Positions 21,505 through 32,227 of a DNA stretch of 40,241 nt are shown here, in pieces. The stretch is from Neoconidiobolus thromboides FSU 785 (taxonomy: Eukaryota; Fungi; Entomophthoromycota): NCBI GenBank assembly GCA_025603075.1, contig MU626431.1, positions 1 to 40,241 on the forward strand, written 5' to 3'. How positions within the stretch are numbered: the stretch's first letter is position 1; every line of letters starts with the position of its first letter. The notes beneath the pieces were generated by a model. That model had not been told where the DNA came from, made no database searches, and saw only the letters and a list, made by a program, of their open reading frames with translations. A program made the translations under genes and the position numbers.

Positions 21505-23642
21505 ATGAGAGAAACAAGATCAAAAGCGAAAGCAAAAAATATCGAAAAAGAAAAAAGGGAGCAAATTGTAGAAGAAGTAGAAGAGGATGTAAGTAATCGG
21601 AGGATCACTAGAAGTAGAAAGAAATCAAAATTAAAGGTAGAAAAAAGTAATAAAAAGAAGAAGGAAAAGCAAGTAGAAGTAATTGAAGAACAAGAAGAAG
21701 AAATAGTCGAAGAAGAAGAATTTGAAGACATAGAAGAGGAGGAACAAGAAGAGGAACCAATAGAAGAAGCGGAGATAAAGGAAAGAAAATTAAAAATAGA
21801 AATAGTGATACCTAAAAAAAGACCAGGCAGAAAATCAAAGCATACTCTGCAGCTTGAAAAAGATAATGAAATTAATCAAAGTTTTATAAACAATAAGGAA
21901 GAAGAGTACCCGATAGACGATATTGGAGAAAAAAAGATTAAGGGGGATGGTTCATTGGTAGGAAATAGGAAGTATTCTATTGAGACGTTTTATTTAAATT
22001 CTAAACCTGGAAAACTATTTACATTAATTAGTACTTTGATAAAGAATTTGAAAATAAAAGAAAGAAGCCAGTTTTTTAGAATGTTTCCAAAGGTCAATAA
22101 GATAAGCACAACCCAAGATGATAGAGAAGAGTTATTTGAAATAGGATTGATACCAGCAAGTCGAAGAAGCTTACCAGTGAACATATTATTAGTAAAAACA
22201 GCTTTCGCTTATTTTGGACATTATATAATTATTGATGGGGAGAAAGTCAAGGATGATTATTATGAAAATCCGGAGAATTCATTATGTAAAGAATATGAGA
22301 ATTATTTGACTTTCATTGAAAATGAAGAAGAAACCACTGAAACAATTAATAATGTTGAACAGATATCCGAAAAGACGTTTATTTATGAATCAAAGATTGA
22401 ATTCAATAACAATAACATAAAAGAGTCATTATATAAATCATGCAATTCATTCAATACTTATTTAAATTTATTTCGTAATAAAAATAAACAATTCTATGAA
22501 CCACATACAAATTTATTTCATTATCCAATAAAAACAAATCAAAACAATAATGATCTAACTATTCAAAAGAATAAGGATAAATATCCCATATCATTAACAT
22601 TAACACAAAAGCAATTATCCTTTCCGATTCATAGTACAAGGTATGGACATTCGTTAACTGAAAATGAAACACAATTTATAAAAAAGTCAAATACACATTC
22701 AAACGCTTTAATAACCAACAATAGTAATATATTAGTACCAAATATAAGTGTAAAAAATTATAAAAGCTATTTGAATAATAATAAAATAACAATTAATAAC
22801 AATAATAACAATATTAATTACAATAATAATAGTATCATTATAAATAAGAAAGATACTCCAACGAAAGCTTCATCTCCAGCTGTAACTATTCCTCCTGACA
22901 GAAAAATGTGTGGGTTTTATTCAAAAACAACTGGAATGCCATGTACTTATATGATTCCACTTAAAAATCAAGGGTGTCGATATCACAAAAATTTACCAGA
23001 AAGTGAGAGATTTGCTAATAGCAATTTTAATGTTACAACAATAGATAAAGATCAAAATGATAGTAATAATAATGATAATATTATTCAAAATGAAGATAAG
23101 AATGAAGATAATAATAATGATTCTATAATTACTACTGATAATAATATTAATATATTAAATGAAATTGATAATAAATTATGCGTACATTGTAAAACAATTA
23201 TTGCTCCACTTTCTGCATTACAGGATACTAATGATATCGAAGAAATGAGTGAAAATGAAAATAGTAGACCATCGAGGAAACGCAAAGTAAATAGAGAAGA
23301 AATAGTTATATGTTCAGAATGCAAATCAACACATCATTTATGGTGTATTCAGATTAGTGATCCGATTGTTTATACTAAAATGAAACAATATGATTGGGTA
23401 TGCAATGAATGTAAAAAATGTTTGAAATGTCATTCCATGGAAAACGAAGATTCACTTTTAATTTGTGATGGATGTGATAAACCATTTCATATGGCATGTT
23501 GTGAACCTCCCATTTTAAATATACCTAAAGGTAAATAAATATTATATTATATTATATTATATTATATTATGATGTATCAAAATAGTCAACTAATTAATTT
23601 AATATAGGTGGTTGGCTTTGTACCTTTTGTGAAAAAAACTGA
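21505..23642 (+). CDS. Chromatin-remodelling subunit: Rsc7/Swp82-type domain plus C-terminal double PHD finger, 2 exons
   Basis: KIKGDGSLVGNRKY...AFAYFGHYIIIDGEKVKDDYYE (Rsc7/Swp82 core); ICSECKSTHHLWC...WVCNECKKCLKC...LLICDGCDKPFHMACCEPP...KG|GWLCTFC (DPF-type tandem PHD). Confidence 0.85.
23541..23570. repeat. Intronic microsatellite (ATTAT)6
   Basis: Perfect pentamer array inside the last intron of the PHD gene. Confidence 0.95.
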
Positions 23643-23829
23643 TTATTTTAATCGTTATAAATTTATTAAATAATAAATTTAATTAAGAGTTAATTATGAC
23701 CGCAACATTTCAACTATTCTTCAGAATACTATTAATAACCTAAGTTTTATTATTTAGTATAGTGGTTTTGTTAAATTTTATCTTCTATTTATTTTGATTA
23801 TATGAAGCATCTTAATATTTACATCAAAA

Positions 23830-25239
23830 ATGCGGTTTAGAATATTATTTATAGAGATATAAAGAATAGTTACTATTAAACATTAATCAATTTTTAAATC
23901 TATATTTTAAATAGATTTGGTTTTAGATTGTATACTGTGGAACATAAAGAGCATTTTATGAAATTAATTCAGATTTCCTTCCAAATAGCAGAAAACATTA
24001 ATTCAAAGAATAAAGCGCCAACAACATATAAATAATATACATTCCTTAACTATATAATATTCTATTCTTATTTAGAACTGAAAGTTTATATTTTATATTC
24101 ATATAATTTGGTTATCTGCTTTACCACCTAATATTTACGGTGGGAGTTGTCAATTAATAATACATTATGTTATCTAAGTAGAGTGACTACTGAGATTGGT
24201 GATCGAGAGATCAAAAGTAAAAGTGTATACTGATTAAAATTATTTAACGGGCTTGATTTATAGGTTGAGCTTCATAAGCTGTGGGAAGAGATAGTCAAAT
24301 ATAGTTTCCAGAGGATAAGTATTTTGGCTGTGAAATATATTAGTAAAACAAACTAGATAATCATATTTGGCGGTAAAAATGATTTAATCAAAAAAGTTTT
24401 CAATAATTTGACTCAAATACTCAAACTTGAGTTTAAGTTAACAAGCAATGTCTAATTTTCATACAGATGATTTTCTTATAAGTCACGAATAAAAGTGGGG
24501 TTACACAATGACTTGGTGGAAAATATGTTGAGACTTTTTGGGCGTGAGACAGTATTTGATAAAAATTGATCTAGTTCTTATATATTAGACTCTCTGCCTT
24601 TTTTAATACTTTAGATGCGGTATATGGTCTTTTTCTAAAGCTAAAGCAGTAAGTAAATGATATACAGTTCAGTTACGTACAAGGGTTTCATATATGATTA
24701 ATAATTCAAATGCTAATACTAATGAATTAGTTCCAGTCCAAACAATAATGTCATATGATTATTCAATAGCAAAATGAGAAACAAAAACAATAACTAGAGA
24801 TGTGCCAGAGAGTTGGTTTAGTCCAACTTTTATTGTATTCTTTAATACAATTTATTTTGCAGAAAGTGCAGCCAACTCTGATTATTTAAATTTTTCAGGT
24901 AAATGATACATAGTTTAAACTTAAATGTCTTTATTTAGAAAAAATTATCAAATTGGGTGCATTTATTAATATTTATTTAGATTGTCTAGTCTATTATAAT
25001 GATCATCTAATCATCTCTTTTGGTTATTAAAGCGGAGGAGGGGTCAACAAATGACTCAACTAATTAATGTTAAATCTTGGGAAAGCGCTTATGTTTTACC
25101 TAAGCTAAAGCAAACCAACGACTCAGTTAATAATTTGCCTGTAACTATTGGTTGTATTATTGGTGCAGTAATTGTTTTAATAATAACAATGCTAATAGTA
25201 AGAGGGTCCTTGTTTGAATTCAAATTCAACACAATATAA
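23830..25239 (+). pseudogene. Probable relic of a kelch-repeat single-pass membrane protein
   Basis: Fragments in shifting frames: IIIFGGKN (24357), MSYDYSIAK*ETKT (TGA where W is expected), DHLIISFGY*SGGGVN, INVKSWESAY, and TM VTIGCIIGAVIVLIITMLIV; multiple stops and frameshifts. Confidence 0.45.
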
Positions 25240-25386
25240 CTAAAAGTTATGGTTTAACATATTTATGTAATACTATAAATACAATAAAACAAAACGTAAA
25301 AAATAAAAAACTAGTACTTTTGAGAATTTATTAAAATTTAAATGAAAGTTAAAATAATATTATATAAAACTTCTTTTTTATATTTC

Positions 25387-28300
25387 TTATTTTTGGGTTG
25401 AAATTATAGTAATAATTTGATCTTTAGCTAACAAAGTATTCTCTTCTGAACCACAGATAATAATGGCTGTGCCATCAGAAAATGGAGAGTTATCACCTTT
25501 ACGACGTGAGTTATTATTATTAGATGGAAGTTCAATTTCACATTTGGTTTCTGCACGAATTTGATTAATTGTACTTCCCCCTCTTCCTACAATAAGTCCA
25601 TGTGTAGAAGGGTGTGAATAAAGACGAATGACGTGGTTTTTATCTTTTATATCTTTATATAATTTTTCAAGATACTTTTTAGCTTTAGCAATATTATCAT
25701 TAGAGCCCTTTAATACCCAACTAATTTCTTTAGCTCCATCAGGGTATACTATTTGCTCAAACATGACTTTTGATACTTCATCATCGATACGTGCAACATT
25801 TCCATTAGTTTGATCATGGCTTTTAAATTCAGGTTTAGGTACTATTGGTGTATCCACATTGATTTGGAATTCGTTACGGAGTTTACGAATAGTACTATTA
25901 CCGCGTCCTAAAAGTGAATGGTGGAATTTTTGTGGGAAGTCAAAAGATTCGTTGACTGGAATTCGACTAAGTAGATCTTTCTTGACTGCTTCACAGTTTT
26001 CAAGATTTCCAGAAATAGTAATTATAGAAGCTTCTGGACCTTTAGAATCACGACGAGGGAAATTTAAGTCTACTTCGTATTTGTTCATAAGTGATTTTAT
26101 AATAGCACCACCACGACCTATAAGGGTTGCATGGTGTTCTGGATCAATTTCGACAGTGATAGTATTGATATTTTCAAGAGCTGACGAAGCTTGTTTAAGC
26201 GCATCAATCACTTTGGCAACTATTTCTTTGTCGCCTTTTACAGTGACTGTATCATCATCTTTACCTTTAGGGAATTTCACCATATTAGCATTAACTTCTG
26301 GGTCAGAACTATCGAGACCTTGAACTTTTGCAACAAGTTGGCGGATTCGGCTACCGCCTGGGCCAATTAAATTGGAGTGAAATTTATTTGGAATAATGAC
26401 TTGCTCAGTGACTTTTTGTTCCATTTCAGAAACTATTTTAAGGATCCTTTTTTGGGCTTCCTTAATTCCACTTTTTGTTCCAAGGATGGTGATATCAGAT
26501 TCGCCTTCAGATTCCTCTTTTTTATCGATATCAATACGGGTATTTGTTTCATCTTTTATTAAATTAATATTAATGCCGTTGCGACCAAGGATATGCGGAA
26601 GGAAACGTTTAGCTACTTTAAAGTTTACTTTATTGTTGTTTTCACGTTCAAATTCAACAATTTCCATAATTTCAGCTTTAGCTTCAGATACTCCTCTCTT
26701 ACCACCTTTAATCAATAATTCGTCCTTTCCTATTTGAACTTTAGGTGCTTGTTTATCATTTTCTTCTTCATTTTCATTATCGCTAATTGATTTGATACTT
26801 GCAGGAAATTTAATAAACACATTGTATTTCTCCTCAAGCCTCTTTACATATTTTCCTTGGGCACCTATAATTGAACGATGATATTGACTTGGTACACGTA
26901 TCTTTTCTTCAGTATGATCTGCTAATTTTTCAACTTGTGAAATAATTTCATGTTTGACTTTATCGGCATTTTGTTGAACTCCTTGAACCTTTACAGTGGT
27001 TTCACTGTTTGACGATTTATCCATTTCAATTTTTACATCATAGTTTTGTTTAAGTTTATTAATATTTGAACCATTTCTGCCTACAATATGAGATGAATGT
27101 TTGGTAGGAATTGTGAATGAAGTTGAATAAGAGCGTGCCTTTTCATAATCTTCCATTTCAACTGCTAATTTTTCTAACTCCTTTGAAATTCGTTCAATTT
27201 CGCTTGATGGACCAGAAATAGATATTTGATTTGGGCTGAGACCTTCTGTAGTAAACAAGATATGTTCTGGTAAATTAAATCCAGTAATAGGTTTACTGCC
27301 AAAGGAAATCAATACCTTTGATTCTCCAAGTTTTCCTATAATCGATTCAAGGGTGCTTCCATTTGGTCCAATAATATGACGATGTATTTTGTTTGGTACA
27401 GTTACTGCTTTGCTATCGATATTAAGTAACCCACTAATGTCTTTTTCGATTTGAGCTTTAACTTCTGATAAAGCTTTTTTGTCAGATTTTGGAGAGAATA
27501 GAGTAATTGAAGTAGTGTTGAGATTAGAGCCTGGGACGATCACTTGAATATTATATTTACTATTTGCTTGTTCTAATTTTGCATTTTCAACTCCTTTAAT
27601 ATAGTTATGTAATTCCTTGGGGATAGTAAGTGAAGCAAAACAAGTAGGTGGGAGTGCTTTTATATGAGATTCAAGTGAAGCTTTGGCTTTTTGCACATCT
27701 TCTTTAACCTTACCAATAATGTCGATTTTTCCGGTAGGCTTATTTACAAAGGGGATCTGAACTTGAACTTTATGCTTTTTTTCTAATTCTTGTATATAAG
27801 AAGTGGTACTAAAATAAGTATAAAGTGAGCTGAGATAATTTTCAACTGATTTATGTAATTTCTCAACATCAATAGTTGAAGCTTGTGCGGAGTTTGCCTT
27901 TTCCATTAATAAAGCAACTGATTGTGCAAGTTTTTCACTTGGGCCAATAATAGTTACTTTATTTGATAGATTGGAAGCTTCTGGAATCCTTACGATACAT
28001 CCTTAATTTGTTAATAAAGCTAAAAAAAATATTTCTATGATTTACCTGAAGCAGCAAAAAAATCTTTTAAATTAGCGCCATTGGGACCAATTAAGAAACA
28101 ATGCTTGGACTTTGGGATAGAAATAGTAAGATCAGAGATATCGTCTTTTAAATTTTCATATGCTTCCAAAATAGTACTTTTGGTCTTACTTAAAGATTCC
28201 TTTGCACCTAATATGACAATTGGATGATCATCTTGAATAAGATTACTTTGGTTTTCAAAAACAAAGGGAACTTTGACTTCAACTGAAGAATCAGATAAGT

Positions 28301-29359
28301 AAGATTTTAATAACGAGCCTTTTGGCCCTGCTAAAAATGGATAGTGTGTAGCGGGAATTTCAGTAATCTTTAATTCAACTTTAACGGCCTTAAAATGAGA
28401 TAATTAAATTTATATATATAAGAAAGACTAGCTTATATTTACCTTTTCACGAATGATACTTTCAATCTCCCTTTTAGCTTCTTGAACCCCAGATAACTCA
28501 CCAACAATGCTAACTTCAATATATGAATCTTCTTCGTCGCCATCTTCATTTTCTCTAGGTGGGACCGTGATATTTGTCATAGTTTTTTGTTGAAGCTGAG
28601 CAAGGTTTCTACCTTTAGAACCAAGGATGAAACGAGTAATATTCGAAGGCACACTGATAGTAGCACTTGTCTATATGTCGTTAGTACCTAATAAATTAAA
28701 AAACAAAAGGTTACTTTAGGTGCAACTCCGGCTTTAATTTCACGTTCTGCTTTTGGTACTTTATCTGGGTGACCTTTAATAATGAAAGTTGTAATTCCAG
28801 AAATTTTTGAGCTAGAAACATTAATGTTAACACCAAAACGTTTTTGGACTTTTTGAACTGTTTCTCTTAATTGATTAGAGTTTTGGGTACTCTGACCCAA
28901 CTTAAGGTTAAGGGTTTGAGATACTATTTCACTATTTCTTGCACTTGGCTTAGAGGTAGGAGTAGAGATAGGGGTGACATGTTTCTTTGAGGCCCAGGCA
29001 GATGAAACTTTGGGGTTTGCAGATCCAAGTGAAGGAAACAAAGAATCAGAGTTTAGATCAGGGACAGCTTTATTTTTGTTTTGTTTCTTTTTTTCTTGGA
29101 CTACAGGCTTTTTTTCACCATAAATATCATATTCATCTAAATTATCCACGGTATTACTATAAGCTAAACCATCAGAGTCATCAAGAAAGTCATTAGATGA
29201 TGATTGAACAAAAGAGTTTAATCCATTATGTGCGTCTTCATGGCTTAATTTAATAAAGTCTTCAACATCAATATCGAGGCGTTGGGTGGCAGCATTCATT
29301 GCATCGATTTCATTATCATTATATTGATGACCAAGGGTGGTTTGGGTACGAGAATCCAT
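25387..29359 (-). CDS. SCP160: Vigilin/Scp160 multi-KH RNA-binding protein, ~4 exons
   Basis: Repeated KH GxxG motifs (HRHIIGPNG, HIVGRNG, HRSIIGAQG, HSNLIGPGG, HGLIVGRGG) and N-terminal SLFPSLG; ORFs 28688-29359, 28428-28652 and 25387-27906 join through GT-AG introns. Confidence 0.93.
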
Positions 29360-29647
29360 TTTAGATATAATCTAATAAGAGGTAATTATTTAACCTTCAA
29401 AATGTGAAGAAATTATAAAATATTGAATTTTTAATTTATGGTAATCATCAAAATTAATTGACCAATTAATTAAATGTTTGGTAAATTTCGAGATTTTTAA
29501 TTTTAGCCAATAAAATTTAGTTTCGTTTCAAATATATTTTTAAAAAACAAACATTTAAATAGTGATGAAATAAATAAAGCTTTATTTACTAATAATAATA
29601 AAAAGTATCTAATATAATAGTGTTTTTAGTATAATGTATATTTTTAT

Positions 29648-31811
29648 TTAATTAATCTTTAAATTTGCTACTTGTATTTTTAAGTCCTTAATGTTATTTA
29701 GAAGACCATTTGAATAAAGCTCTAGTTCATTCATTTTATCTTTTATCTGTTTGCTTTTCACTTCACCTTGCTGATACGCCCGATTTAATGAAGTTATCTT
29801 ATCAGTTGTTTGGTTTATATGACTTATTCTTGATTCAAAATAAATTGAACTAATAATAGATTAAATATCATTTAGCTCAAATTAAATAATAGCTTACCTA
29901 AGATTTAAATGTTTGATATTCGCTTCTAAGCCCTTTAACTTATTTTTTAAAGCGTTCAAGGTTATATCAGCACTATCCTTTGAATCTAGTACCCGATCTG
30001 TAAAGCTGAGCTTGGAATTGAAACCACTAAAAGTATACCCACTTTCTCTTTTATTAGCTTGGTACAAGTTTGCTTGATCTGATAAATGACTTATTTTGCT
30101 TACTGAGTATAATTTCGATAGAGGCGCAGGAATAAATGGCTTAATAAATTTAGTTTTGCTAACAATTTCTTCTCTTTGATTGACTCCTATAAACCATAAA
30201 AATGCACTTTCTACATTTTTATGATTGATAAAGCACATGTCATTTATAGCAATATCTTCTTTTTTATTACTGATAATTTCATTAACTGGACAAGGCGAGC
30301 CAAGCTGCTCAGGGAAATGGTTGTATTTAATATTATTGATCAAATCTGTAAAATCAACGACATATCCATTATCACGACTACATATATATAAATGTGAAGG
30401 AAATAATGGATCAAATAAGGTGTTTAGTTTATGTTTGGAAAACTCTTTAAATTTTAGTATCTGTAAAACAACAAATGCCTCTTCATTTTGTTCATTTTTT
30501 AACTTCTAATAACAAGTTGTTCTAATAGTTTCATTCATAAATAAATTTATTTACCTTATTGTCATAAAAACTTGGTTCTAGAAATGAAGTAATTGCCTTT
30601 ATAACAAATCTCCCGTCTTCGAATATTGTACAAAGTATAGTTAAGCTTGTTGTAGGAATGGTCAGTATATTTTTAACTACAGGCACAATTCTTGAATTTT
30701 TAGGCAGAGGTGGTTTTGAAGCAAAAATTTCTACTCTTTTTAACTTCAAAAAGTTTTTCATGTTCATTTTATGAGAATAAAAATCAACATCAATAAATCT
30801 TTTGTCTTTAGTAAATATTGGGAATTTTGTCAAGCTTATAAGAAAAATTAAATCATGGTATATCCCAACTTCATTTGGTCTAGTCGCATACTCATAGAGA
30901 AGTTCATTGTACTTAATTTCTCCTTCTTTGTTCGAAGTATTAAACTTTTTCAAAGCAAGGTAAAAAAGTGTTTTTATATTCTTCCGAGGTAGTAAACTAA
31001 CTAAAATGAGTATATATCAATATTGAACATATTAAAAAATACCATCGTTTTGGGATCAATGGGCATAAATAATAAAATTTATATGACTTTGTTGCAAATA
31101 AAACGGTGAATGGCTCCCAGCCTTCTGCTTCAATCGAACCAAAAGCCAAATCAACTATTTCATCTTTAGGTACATTTTCCTCAATTCCTTTATTTCTACA
31201 TTTCAAATTTTCCTTATTTAAATCAAACACCAACTCTGGTTCTATACAATTGATTTCGATATCGTACAATCTAAATATTAGTTAAATAACTTGTTTAAAT
31301 ATAAACTCACCTTAAAAAATTATTAGAACTGAGAACTAAAAGTGCAGTTGATTCTTTAGATAAAGGATGCCATGCAACCTTCATAATTTTAGAATCCTTC
31401 ATATTATTTGAATCTATTTCTAGAACCCTAATTTTTATAAATTAAATAAACTTTCAGATGTTGAAAAACTTACCGAACTAATAACGGGTTGATCTGGATG
31501 TTTGAAGAAAGAATAATGTTCAACTCAAATAACGGTATTACACATAATTTATTTAATCCTTGTTCGTTTGAGCCATATAAAGCTAAATAAGTTCCGTTGT
31601 TATTAATACTTAAATCGATTATATCAAATTCAATTTCTTTTGAAAATAGTTCCTGATATTCCGTAGCTTTGGACTTTTGAGCAATTAAATAACAACCAAT
31701 CTTATTTCCGTTAGCAATATAGACAAAAGATTCATGAGAAACAATTTTTTGAATTGAGTTCTTGCTATTATTTAGACATTTGAATTTTTCTTCCAAGCCT
31801 TTAAAATCCAT
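29648..31811 (-). CDS. NUP82: Nucleoporin Nup82/Nup88, multi-exon
   Basis: LSINNNGTYLALYG, VAWHPLSK, IVDLAFG...GWEPFTVLF...YYLCPLIP (Nup82 propeller motifs) and a C-terminal coiled coil; start inferred at MDFKGLEEK. Confidence 0.8.
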
Positions 31812-31998
31812 TTTTAAATAAATCAATATGATATTGCTGGATATTCTTTTAATATTTAAAATTTTTAAATTAAGTTTTTGGTCTTTTTGTTTTACAAATG
31901 AACATGATTGGTTAAGGTAAGAGTATCGCAATTAATGCAAATTTTGCTAGATTTAGTCAAAGTTACCACTTTTGAAATGGTTGAATAATATAACATAC

Positions 31999-32095
31999 AA
32001 GGATGCATTTTTTTGATTTCATTACTTTTCCATTTTTTAAGCGCTATTAAGTGGAAAAATTATTAGTAAAATCCTTAAACAAAGAATATGTCTTT
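31999..32095 (-). mobile_element. MITE-like element copy 4 (reverse orientation, decayed ends)
   Basis: ATAC|AAGGATGCATTTTTTTG...TTTTTTAAGCGCTATTAAGTGG...ATGTCTTT; reverse complement of the family core. Confidence 0.75.
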
Positions 32096-32227
32096 TATTG
32101 ATTATTAAGTTATTTGAATAGTTTTAATATCTTTTATTACGCTATCATTTAATTTTAACTTTGTGATTCAAATAAAATAAAGATCTCATTAAACTTGCAT
32201 AGTTTATTAATCATAAATATTTTTATC

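Noticed and set aside
24775-24777. In-frame TGA in the kelch relic read as selenocysteine or recoded Trp
   Set aside because: The same relic has TAA/TAG stops and frameshifts; no SECIS seen; intact genes use TGG for Trp and TGA as stop.
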